Under the pieces are notes generated by a model. It was not told the DNA's origin. It saw only the letters and a list, made by a program, of their open reading frames with translations, and searched no databases. 64,000 nucleotides of DNA, from the NCBI RefSeq assembly GCF_009914755.1, contig NC_060925.1; one strand, 5' to 3'. Origin of the DNA: the human T2T-CHM13v2.0 reference genome, Homo sapiens. Below, in pieces: positions 32,006 to 44,734 of this stretch; the stretch's first letter is position 1; every line of letters begins with the position of its first letter. Position numbers and translations under genes: made by a program.

Positions 32006-32315
32006 GGCCGGGCGCGGTGGCTCACGCTTGTAATCCCAGCACTTTGGGAGGCTGAGGCGGGCGGATCACGAGGTCAGGAGATCGAGACCACGGTGAAACC
32101 CCGTCTCTACTAAAAATACAAAAAAAAATTAGCCGGGCTTGGGGGCGGGCGCCTGTAGTCCAAGCTACTCCGAGAGGCCGAGGCAGGAGAATGGCGTGAA
32201 CCCGGGAGTAGGAGGTTGCAGTGAGCGGAGATCGCGCCTCTGCACCCCAGCCTGGGCGACAGAGCGAGACTCTGTCTCAAAAAAAAAATTAAAATAAAAA
32301 AAATTTTAAAAAAAG
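32006..32315 (+). mobile_element. AluYd-lineage element (Yd3a1-like)
   Basis: 12-bp left-arm deletion (gagaccacggtgaaacccc), cacgcTtgtaatc and an extra base in ctactccgagagg. TSD aaacaatt. Confidence 0.85.
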
Positions 32316-33493
32316 AAACAATTTCACCATCTCCCTTGCTGAGAACATTTGTATAAGGAAGAGTGGATTGAGACAGAATGAGCCAGGTCTTCACTGTAAA
32401 TAGTATTTTGTGAATTATAACTACAAATGTTGAAAGTTGTGTTCTTATGATTTTAATATATTGCAGGTATACTGTCAGAAATGGCAAAATAGCAATTTTT
32501 CAAATTCCCTACCATGTAGTGAGAGATGATTTCTTAATTTAGTAGGATCTGATAACAGCTATGAAAAATTCATAATTTCAGATGAGCAATGAACTTTTTT
32601 TATTATACCTAGGTGTGTATATCAGCTTTGAATTAAACTATGCATTTCATGAGCAGTCATACATTACTGTTATTTCCATCCATTTCCTTGAAATAATATC
32701 TGATGATAATAATAGTTAATATTTATTTTATAAATATTATGTTCTAAGGACTCTATATGGGCTGTATTTGCATATATCCCTTTTATTCCTTAGAATAACC
32801 CTGTTTATAACATAGATTTTATCCCTGATACACTTGGAGATGTTGTGTCTTGCCCAAAATAACAGAGAGTGGCAGTGGCTGACCCAGTATGTGAATGCAG
32901 GACAAAACATGTTTTGAAGACAGAGGTTTCGGTCATAAGCATAAAAACAAGAATTATAATAGATTAAGGCTTACAGAATGATATAGCCTATTATGCCATT
33001 AATCCCCAGATGTAATCAAGAACAAAGCTATAGTCTTTGAATGATGAAAGCTAAGATTCACAGGTGGTTTGGGGTGAAAATAGTCTTTATTAAATACATC
33101 AGCAATTGACCTAAGGGCTTCCTTATAATTAAACACCTGCTCACCCTACTACTTTTATGTACATGAATCCTTGAGGAGAAAAGTGGTAACATCTCTAGAC
33201 TTCCTTGAAATACATTACTTTGAAAAAATAAATTCTCGGAAATGTTTAAGTAAACATAAATTTGTAACGGGACTCATTCAGTTCAACCTGCATATATTCA
33301 ATGTCTTTAATGCATAATGCACAGCACTGGTTTATTGCAATAAAAAGTTGTATAAATGAAATCCTTCCCTCACGTTACCCTCAATGCAGTGGGATAGACA
33401 AACAAGGATTTATGACTATTTGATAAATGTTAAGATAGGGGTATAGCCATGGTACCATTGAAGCAGAAAATACGGCTCAAATATGAATCTGCC

Positions 33494-34031
33494 TGTTTCA
33501 GTCCGGTTTGATCCGAGAAGCATAACCACTAGAAGATAAGGTAAAATCACACGACAAGGTGTTCTGGAGGAAAGATGGGCACAAAGTGTGGGAAATGAGG
33601 AAACATTAGAACATGCAAGGGTGAGCCAAAATCCACTAGGATGGACATTGGTGCCAGTGTCTCTTCACCCATAAACTCCCCACCTCTAAACTGATGATAG
33701 TGGTGGTCTGTATGAAAGGTCGTGCCTTTCAATTCTGAGCTAAATATGCACCTAGTCATGGAGTCAGTGAGGTGGAAGACAGAGGTCCAGCCAGAGAAGG
33801 AAGAACTGCAGTCCTGGCTGCTGCCCTGCACCAACACAATAAGCCTGCAAAAAAGTGACCACAATGTGTCTATGGTCTCTGCACCAATGATCTTCTGTGT
33901 AAAACAGGGATACCCACCTGTTCTGCCATCTATTTCTCCTACCAAAAAAAAAATGTTTGTGGCTCACTATAATTAGAAATATAAAAGAGGGGAATTATGG
34001 GAAATGTAGTTCCGGCTTAGCTAAATTGACA
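33494..34031 (-). mobile_element. Old ERVL LTR (MLT2E/F-like)
   Basis: Begins tgtttcagtccggttt...agaagcataaccactag and ends gggaaatgtagttccggcttagctaaattgaca, like a reverse-strand MLT2. Confidence 0.6.
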
Positions 34032-34704
34032 ATGGAAATCCACCTCACTGCCTGAATATTTAAGGGAGGTTAGATAGAAGAGATGGGTAATCTGAATGAA
34101 TAACACATTCGCAAGTTGATAAGAATACAATTATATTTGAACAATGCTTGTTATTATAGAAGAAATGTGTCAGGTACCCATACAGAGATACAAAATACTC
34201 CCAATTTTTCTGAATGCTAACAATTTTCACTTTTATTTTATACTTTATGGTTGCTTTAAAATGTGAACTATTGCAAAGTGTCCTATGCTAGTAATGTTTA
34301 CTTTCTAAATATCAAATGAGGATTTTACATATAAATTTTAAATAGGTGAATGAATTATCATAGCTTAAGATGAGGGTGGTAAGATGTCACACACACAATA
34401 ATGTGCATTCAATATTTTTGAATTGCAATGCGAATGCCATTAAAATGAATGCTATATTTATGATGCAATAGAAAATAAGCTCTTTAAAAACACATTAAAA
34501 AAAAACACGAACCACGTCAAAATGAGTTTTTATAATGAAAATGTAATAAAAGAATACTGTTTTTTGTTTATGTGTTCTTTTTACATAGGCAAATCAGAAA
34601 ATTTTATGTTCACAAACCAATCTATGCCAGTTATAATAAATAAAAAATAAATAACTCTTGATAGAAGGAGGTTGAAAAACCAGCTCCCCGGCTTAGATGA
34701 GAAG

Positions 34705-34905
34705 GCATTACAGCAGAGTAGAAGCTTATGTCAAGAATTTGAACCAGCATCCCCGCATTCACATCCTGACTCTGCACTGTGTATCCTGATACAGTTTACT
34801 GAATGTCACTGAGTCTCAGTTTTTCATCTGTTAATAGGGGCAATGATACTGTTTAGGCCACATAGCTTGATTTTAAATAGAGACTAAATAAAATATTTTA
34901 TATAA
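34705..34905 (+). mobile_element. MIR
   Basis: ctgagtctcagtttttcatctgttaatagggg core. Confidence 0.7.
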
Positions 34906-35115
34906 ACGCAATCTGTTGAGTACTTATTAAGCACTAAGCACCATGGAACTCTTTTGAAAAGTGTAAGATTTTAAGCCCTGGAGCCATGGGGAAGGTGAGT
35001 TTGGCTTAAATCACTATGTTTTTATCAGCCCTCTCCCTTCCCTGGAGTCACATGAGTTCTACATGATGTCCCTACAATTTTATTTTTGTGATGTGCAAAC
35101 TAGAAGTATCTAAAG

Positions 35116-35222
35116 AACATTATGCTAAGTTAAATAAGTAGGACACAGAAAGATAAATGTTGCATGATCTCACTTACATGTGGAATCTAAAAGAATTTAA
35201 ATTCATAGAAACAGAGAGTAGG
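35116..35222 (+). mobile_element. Short L1M 3' fragment
   Basis: acattatgctaagttaaataag...gcatgatctcacttacatgtggaatctaaaa. Confidence 0.8.
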
Positions 35223-35310
35223 TCTTGAATATAACACACCTTGTTTCACCTTGTTCCTTCCCTCGATGTGATAATTACATTAATAGTTTTGACACCAGTT
35301 GCAATGGTCA

Positions 35311-35537
35311 CACTGACTCCATGACTAGGTGCATATTTAGCTCAGAATTGAAAGGCACGACCTTTCATAGAGACCACCAGTCTGTGTAGCGAGGGCACCA
35401 GTCTGTGTAGCGAGGGCTACACAGATGGCGAGGGGGGGGCCCTACACTGTAAGGTGGAATATAATTGTGTTGGAGCAGGGCAGCAGCCAGGACTGCAGTT
35501 CTTCCTTCTCTGGCTGGACCTCTGTTTTCCACCTCAC
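35311..35537. other. Complex templated insertion: inverted, circularly permuted copy of 33701-33840 plus a TJP3 fragment
   Basis: 35311-35379 is the reverse complement of 33701-33769 (68/69). 35464-35537 is the reverse complement of 33767-33840 (72/74). 35410-35447 matches the reverse complement of 36483-36520 (34/38). Confidence 0.93.
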
Positions 35538-36073
35538 AGTCATCAAAGCTTTAACCAGATCTTCTATTTTGTTAATTTATTTTCTTCTACAAATGCCCTA
35601 GAAGTAACCATGTGAAGATATATATGTGTGTATATAACTGTTCTGTTTCTATGCTGATTCCTCATGAATTTTTGCCCTAGAGATTATCATCATTCATCAC
35701 TTTTGTGCTAAACAATTCGTATGTGTTAACTACCAAATCTATATATTGTGATTTATATAGATAAATATATAGACAGGCAATATATAAATATACATATGAT
35801 GTGTGTATATATCAATATCTATACTTCTCTATAGCTCTCTGTATAACACTATATGTATCTAAATCTATACCCCTTTCTCTTGAACCACAAATCTGCTTTT
35901 TCAAATAACTGTTCATTCTTAACGTTTCCATGTTCCAAACTCAATTATATATAACAGTCTATCCACCACATAAAATCTCATATGTTTTCTATTGCTATAA
36001 TCCTAGATTTTACAAGCCTTGCTACCCTGAGGTACCCAATAAAATAATTGATTTTATCATTTATTTAATCTTA

Positions 36074-36838
36074 TTTTTTTTTTTTTTGGTGTGAAAATAC
36101 TCTGTTTAATAAAGACCAGGCGGAGGGAGGTGAGGTTGTGGGTTCTGTACAGGAAACTGAGTCCCAGCCCCAGGAAGGGAGAAGGAGGACGGACCAGCTG
36201 GCAGCCTGGGAGAGGTCACAGGTCAGTGGCCGGACCCCAGTCGTAGCCATCTTCATCGGGGACTCCGCATCGCGGACTCGTGTAAACTTTTTCTTCAGGG
36301 CTTCCGGTTCACAGGTTCGCATGCTGTCCTGTCGCCTCTGACCCTGGGGGTGGGGGCTGTCCACTTGGGGCCCCTGATGAGCCGAGATTCTCCCACGAAC
36401 CCTCGGGCTCTGGGGCTCATCTGCTTGCACGGGCTCTGAGGACCTGTCCAGGGCTGGAGCCGGGAGCTCATCATCCGCATCCGTGTAGGGCCCCCCGCTA
36501 GCCGTCTGTGTAGCGCTCGCCATCAGTGTACGCGCCGCCCTCGCCTTCCGTCTCCTCCAGTAGTCGCTGTTAACACGGCTGTCGCAGCTGAGGTCAGCAG
36601 AGCTGTCGGCCAGGCCGCGGTGAGGGTTGTCCTCCAAGGAGCCATCCAGCTTATCTTCCGCCGTCCAGATGGGCCGCGTCTGCTGCTCTCGAATGATAGC
36701 CTTGAACTCCTGGTACCAGGTGTCACTCGTGCCATTCAGAGGGATGGTGGCTGTGAAGAGGTGGCTGCTCTGCTTCCGCAGCTTCTGGGCTTGTGCGTAG
36801 AGGCGGCGGGTACTGCGGCAGGAGGCAGGCGCCAGCCA
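36074..36838 (-). pseudogene. TJP3: 5'-truncated processed pseudogene of tight junction protein ZO-3 (end of GuK domain, acidic region, C-terminus and 3' UTR)
   Basis: Translates as WLAPASCRSTRRLYAQAQKLRKQSSHLFTATIPLNGTSDTWYQEFKAIIREQQTRPIWTAED...LADSSADLSCDSRVNSDY...EALKKKF...DEDGYDWGPATDL* (parental stop at 36216-36218). ATTAAA at 36105-36110 and A14 tail at 36074-36087, no introns, several indels versus the recalled TJP3 protein. Confidence 0.93.
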
Positions 36839-36892
36839 ACTTAGCTCCTTCTAAATTGTCCTCATACATCCAGTGATTTTCAGGTAGTATTT

Positions 36893-38002
36893 TTAGTGTT
36901 CAGGTTTATTGAGGTTTAATTGAAAAATTAAAATTGTATATATTCGGAGTATATAACACAATGTTCTGACACACATATACATTGTGAAATAATTAACATA
37001 AGCTAATTACCAGATCCACCACCTCACATCGTTACTCTATGCGTGTGTATTGTGGGAATCTACTCTCTTAACAAAAGTCAAATATACATTTTAGTTCACT
37101 ATAGTTACCATGCTGTATATTAGGTCTTCATCACTTATTCGTTTTATAATTTTAAGTTTATACCCTTTGATCAACATCACTACATTTCCCCTACCCTCTC
37201 TACCCACCCTGATCCCTGGTAACCTTCCTTCTACTCTGTTTCTATGAGTTTAATTTTTTTTAGATTCCACATATTAGTGAGTTCATGCAATATTTGTATT
37301 TCTGTGTCTGACTTATTTCACTTAGTATAATGTCCTCCAGGTAAATCTCTGTTGTTGCAAATGGCAGGATTTTCATGTTTTTAAGACTGAATAATATTCC
37401 ATTGTGTGTGTGTGTTATACACACTCACAGAGGCACACACACACTACTTTTTTATGCATTTATCCATTGATGGACACTTAAGTTGTTTCCACATCTTGAC
37501 TATTGTAAATAATGCTGCACTGAACATCAGAGTGGAGGTATCTCTTTGAGATAGTGATTTTATAAGGGATCAATATCCAATATATAAGGAACTCAAACAA
37601 CTCAATAGCAAAAATAACAACAAAAAAGAAACAAGTAATTTAAAGATAGCAAAGGAGTAGACACTTAAATGCACAGTTTTTTCAGAGAAGACATACAAAT
37701 GGCCAACAGATATATGAAAAGGTGCTCAACATTGCTAATCATCAGGGAAATGCAAATCAAAACCACAATGAGATATTGCCTCATATTTGTTAGGATGGCT
37801 ATTGTCAAAAAGTCAAAAGATAACAAGCATTGATGAGGATGAGGTGAAAAGAAAACCCATATACATTGTTCATGTAAAAGTAAATTGGCACAGTCATTAT
37901 GGAAAACAGTATGGAAGCTCCTCAAAAAACTACAAATAGAATAACCATATGACCCAGCAATCCCACTTCTGAATATATATTTTAAAGAAATAAAATCAGT
38001 AG
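36893..38002 (-). mobile_element. L1MA-type element with a 5' inversion (36893-37560 minus, 37561-38002 plus)
   Basis: The two oppositely oriented segments are contiguous in L1 coordinates at aaatca(c/g)ta. gtagtat recurs at 36884 and 37999. Confidence 0.85.
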
Positions 38003-38373
38003 TATCTTATTCATGTTCAAGTTTTGTCTTCTCATATTCTTCTACTCTAACACCTTGGTCTTTAATATCTTCTGTCCAGTAATCCACTTTTGGGGACTTA
38101 GAGTCTTCCTTCACCAATATTGCTTCAGAAATGTTAATTTTCACAACAAGGGTGCCATCAAAATTGTACCTTGGCTACTCCACCCTTACGGTACGGTCAT
38201 TTTGGAATGGAAACAATTTTTCTCCATAATACTAAATGTCTCTTAAAAAAATAAGTTCCCACAGCAGTAGTGTTGGTGTGGTTTCAAGAAAAACTACTGC
38301 AGATTTTATTTGCAATACCTCTTTCTATAAGTTTTAGATGGAAGCTATCTGCAAACCAGATCTCAAGTATATA

Positions 38374-39711
<1,338 letters not shown>

Positions 39712-40387
39712 TATTTTGCTTTTCTTTTACAATTTTGGGATATTTTATAAAATTTTATAAAGTTGTATTATACCAGGAGAAAAAAAAACAGTATCAATTA
39801 TATTGAACACTTGTCTATCTAGTCCATATCCATTATCGAAACTATCATTGAATATATATTGTTTTTGATTTTATGATTTTTCTTGTAGATCATTTTCATT
39901 CAAAGACTGATTGAGAAAATCTCAGAAGATTAAAGAGAATAAAGGATCTGACTTGAAATATTTGTGATTTTGTTTTATTTTGGTTTGGTTATTTTCTAAA
40001 TATAAAATGAAATATTTAAAGGTTCACATAATAGAAGTATGAATTATGTCTATTTTCTCCCTTTATAATATAGAAAATATTTTCCAAACACTGAATATGT
40101 TTGAATTTCAGAGCTACTAAGAAATAGTAAACAATGTTCACCACAATGGAGATGTCCTAAGCAAACCTTATGGGAAAGAATGTTCTTAGTGTAAAAATAC
40201 CCACGTCTTCCCAAACCACTAACTATAGTTCCCACCTTTAAACCAGTTTTCCCTTATTAAACACAACTTTAATGAACTGGTAAGATTTCTTGCATTAAGA
40301 TGTGCTAAAGAAGGAAAATGTACAAAATAGGAATTAAGATATGAGAAAGCAAATCTCATAGACAGTATTGTTTTCATCTTTATTGAT

Positions 40388-40467
40388 TTTTAAATTACTT
40401 AAGAAATAGTTACCTATGCAGATCTTCCTGTACTCAGTCCTGTAACAATTTCTTAAGTAATTTAAAA
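40388..40467. repeat. 26-bp inverted repeat with a 28-bp spacer
   Basis: ttttaaattacttaagaaatagttac and gtaacaatttcttaagtaatttaaaa, 1 mismatch. Confidence 0.9.
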
Positions 40468-40754
40468 TAATTTGAGTAATTTGAGTCTGTTAAGACTCAA
40501 GAGTTAAGAGTTTTCCAAAAGTGGTTTGCAGAACTTAAGCACCTCTGACAGGTTAAGAATTTCTTGTAGCAGGGATTTAGTGGTTAAAATAAGTGCTAGC
40601 AACTCCGCATATGATGTTCCTCTTGGATATTCAAAACAAATATTAAATATTCTGAACTATCTTGTGTTCAACTGAGTTTACTCTGTCAAAGCCAGTGTTT
40701 CACAAGTTTATTTAGTTAGAAATACACATTTAAGAAAGTGTGAATAATGATTAC

Positions 40755-41230
40755 ATTCCCAGGTTATGGAATCAGACTGCCAGACTTTGAAGCCTCATTT
40801 GACTGCTCAATATCTCTGTGAACCAAGACAAACTTTAACCTCCTTTCAAATCAGTTTATTCATTTATAAAATGAAATAATAACAATATTTACCTAGAGTT
40901 TTGTGACAATTCCATAAGAGTAATGCCTACATGTATTAAATTACCACAAAGCATTAGTTAATGCAAAAAAGCAAATGTTCTTCTGTAGAAGACAGTTTGG
41001 GAAACATCATCAAAGCATATTCAGTGAATTTAATCCTTTGTTTTTTATTTAAATTTATTTCAAAATCGAGTCACATAAATCTAATCCTGAAACTTAGATA
41101 CAATTTACTTTTGTGGATAAAGACAGTGAACCTTAGAAAGACCAAATGACTTGTCCAAGGTCATGCAACTCATTTACGGCACAATTAGATTAAGATATTA
41201 GACCTTCTACTTGCTAACTGAATGATATTT
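40755..41230. mobile_element. Two MIR relics in opposite orientation
   Basis: tcagtttattcatttataaaatgaa (+) and aaatgacttgtccaaggtcatgcaac (-). Confidence 0.65.
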
Positions 41231-44200
41231 TCTCTGCACTTGGCTGCCTGTAATATACTCAGATATTCATATATTGATTCCCTTTCAATCTAAGGGAAAA
41301 GACACTATGCAAAGGGAAAGAAGTTAGGAAATCAATTTTCTATTACATTAGTCATTAATACTATCAAATATCATGCTCTTTTATCACCAGTCACTCCTTA
41401 TCATTGAAACACTGCAAAGTTATGGCCCACTATGTCACAAAGATTATTTCCTACCCAAAATACCAGGACACAAAACCTTGCATTTTGCCAGTTTGTGCTT
41501 CTGCTCATAGTATAGTATTTATTAATTATAATTTAAATTTTATTTTACTAGTATGTTCTGATTTCACATTCTACATACAATCAGTTTTAATTTTAAAGTT
41601 ATTTAACAAAGGCCCCAAAATCTACTATTTCCAGCATTTATATTTTGTAATTTATTTTGTTATTTTGGTAAGTAATAAGCTATATGATACAGATAATCAT
41701 TTACCTATTTCGGGTTAATATTAACACATCCATAACCACAGTTTTCATGTATCTTTTAAGTCAGTCAATTATATGACTGATTATTAAATGATATAAATCT
41801 CATTACTTCAATATTATTTCACATAGCTCAGAATGAGAAATTCTGTAGAAGTCAATATTGACTAAAACATATATAAGACACCTACAAATTTGTTAGATAA
41901 TGATGACTATGCCAACAGAAACACACATAAATAACTTGAGCAAGAAATTTATCTTTCAGAAGTCCAATAAGCATATGTAAATTATGCAGATTTTAACATC
42001 AATAAAGCAAATTGAAACAAAATCTTGCTCAGCAGAATTATTAATGTAAAGAAGGGAGTAACTACTTGCACAAACTGATTTAACTGTGTGGCACACATTT
42101 CCTGTAAGGCCAATTGGACAGTCTCCCAAAGGCTTTACAAAGGGTTACAGAAAAGATGTTCCTAAAACAGTGCATATCACAAAGTTGATTATAAAAATCC
42201 AGATTTAGAAACTACCAAAGTTGCCAAAAGTAATAGTATCGGTTAAATACGTGATGGAAAATAGAATATAATTACCATTTTAAAAAAACAGTGGAAAAAA
42301 ATTATTACTATAAAAATTTGCTATATGATCCCATTTTCAAACTAGACATGTAAAGCTTAGATTAGGTTACAGAGGGTAAGACGTTAACAATACCAGTTTC
42401 TAGGTAATGAGATTGTGAATGTATTTTTATTTTCTGGCTCTTGAATAGGTATTACTTTAGTGAGAGAGTTGTGTCTTTTTAAAAATCACAATACCTTAAT
42501 TTATATTGTACTATTTCCCCATATGGAGAGAGAAGAGGTATAAAAATCTAGTTATTGTTCATTTTTAATTGCTGTGAAAGTATTATTATAAAATTAGAAT
42601 TTAAAACTGATTTTACCTTAGAGATACCAGAGAAACACATAAGTATGTGGACAGAGTTTGCTTCTCACAATTTGTTAAATACATAACCATAAAATTAGAA
42701 TTAAGAATAACTTTTACTTAAGTTAGTATCTTCATCATTAATTTCAATCTTACCTTAAATGATTAATAATATATATTAGTCCTTAATTGATAACTTAGCA
42801 TAACGTTTTAAAATTCTTAAAAATTCTACTTGGAGTAAATTAAGAATGACATATTCTCTTCTCCATTCCATTTTATGAATTGTACACACAATATCATCAT
42901 GTGTGCTCTGTAAAAGACATCTTTCTCCTCACATTCTTCTGTTATCTATCTGTATCCCACAATAAAAGCTCCCTCCATTCTAAGTCTGCACATAGAAATG
43001 AAATAAGGTTGTACCTGGTCTCCTCTGCCAACTAACTAAATTTTTTGTAATGATTTTATTTAAAGCAAATCTTTGCATGTGGGAAAATCATCATCACTTT
43101 AGCTTTCATTCATTAAACAGACCATTTTTGCAAGTGTTATATTGTCATGTATTCCATAAGCAAAGGACCTTACACAATTGGAGAAAGTAATGGTAAGGCC
43201 AGCAGTCATGACGATGCCCACATAGTAGGTGAGCACATAGGGAAATAAAACATCAATGATATAGTGCCTTATTTTATTCAAAAGGGACTGATTATTTGGA
43301 GTCAATTTATACAAGTATGATTATAAAATATTAATATAGCTATTGTACCTGTACTTCTCAACTGGAAAATAACAAAGATCACACCAAACAATGCTCTTTA
43401 TCCTCCAATGCTATTTTCATCTTCACAGTGGCATTTATCTAATACTTCTTATAAAACATGTTCACCTGTTACCCAATAGTAGGAAGGAAAATATTCTTTG
43501 CATACACGTTATGACAAACCCTTTTTAAAAAATAAGATCTCTCAAACTCTTTGGAAATGGAGGAAAAGGGCAGAGATGATCTTATTCGTGTTAGCAGAAA
43601 TTTGAACATAAAAGTTGCCAGGTTGTTCTACCTACATGTAATCCATCTTCCTGGGAGTCGCTGACCTTTGCAAAGGGCACTTTCCTCAGAGCTGCCTAAA
43701 CTCACAGAGAGAAAATTATCTCTTAATACCCTTGTGTTACAAATAATTGAGATTGCCAACATATTTTTACTTCTATCATCTTATATAGGCATCATAACTT
43801 GTCATTTATTTACCCTTCAAATTTTCTAATTTTATTTATATTAAAATATATATTTGATCTTCGTTTTCTACCATATACACAAAAAAGATCATTATCCTTT
43901 AGTCATTCTGATATGTGAATATATATAGCTTCCTAAGTAGATCCTCAAGAATAAAGTAATCTATTTCTAGTTCATGTTTCTTATGCTTGAACACATTTCA
44001 AACAGAATGCTTTCTCAACAATTGAAATAGGAAATAGATATCTGTGTTATATAAAATATTTAACCTCTGATTACTTTCAAGAGTATTTTTTCCATTACAT
44101 TATAATCTTTCATAAAATATTATTTTCCTTCAAAATAATATGGTCATGTTTTTATTGCTTAAATTCAATTTCAGTGGCACAGCACTAGTACATTTCTATA

Positions 44201-44410
44201 AACAACACTTAAGACATATTTTTATTTCAGAATAAATTCCTAACAGACTTCCAATAGAAGAAAGGAAATGGATCTGGAATTGAGCTATCACCACCTGCAC
44301 TTATCCTTTGTACTCTCACTTCACCTCCATTCTAACAAACATGTGCTTTTATAAAGGCTGTCCTTTTGTTTTAGCCATCTACAATACCCTTTTTAAAGTA
44401 CTGATTTTCT

Positions 44411-44734
44411 TTTTTTGATTGTTATTATACTTTAAGTTCTGGGATGCATGTGCAGAACGTGCAGGTTTGTCACATAGGTATATACATGGCATGGCGCTTT
44501 GCTGCACCCATCAACCCATCATCTACATTGGGTATTTCTCCTAATGCTATCCCTCTCCTAGTCCCCCACCCCCCGACAGGCCCTGGTGTGTGATGTTCCC
44601 CTCCCTGTGTCCATGTGTTCTCATTGTTCAACTCCCACTTACGAGTGAGAACATGCGGTGTTTGGTTTTCTGTTCTTGCGTTAGTTTGCTGAGAATTATG
44701 GTTTCCAGCTTCATCCATGTTTCTGCAAAGGACG
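44411..44734 (-). mobile_element. 5'-truncated L1PA (PA7/PA8-like) 3' end
   Basis: ttatactttaagttctgggatgcatgtgcagaacgtgcaggtttg. TSD tgattttct at 44402-44410 and 44735-44743. Confidence 0.93.

Noticed and set aside
35375-35447. Repeat-spacer or CRISPR-like reading of the short repeats
   Set aside because: Only two abutting copies with no spacers or cas genes, in a primate context; explained by templated insertion.
36840-36860. Similarity of the retrocopy 5' flank (cttagct...ctaaattg) to 34017-34029 (cttagctaaattg)
   Set aside because: Too short and gapped to distinguish from chance.
35116-37340. Apparent inverted repeat (35116-35222 versus about 37230-37335) flanking the retrocopy
   Set aside because: Both are homologous L1M 3' sequence with many mismatches. 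This is family-level similarity, not a recent duplication.
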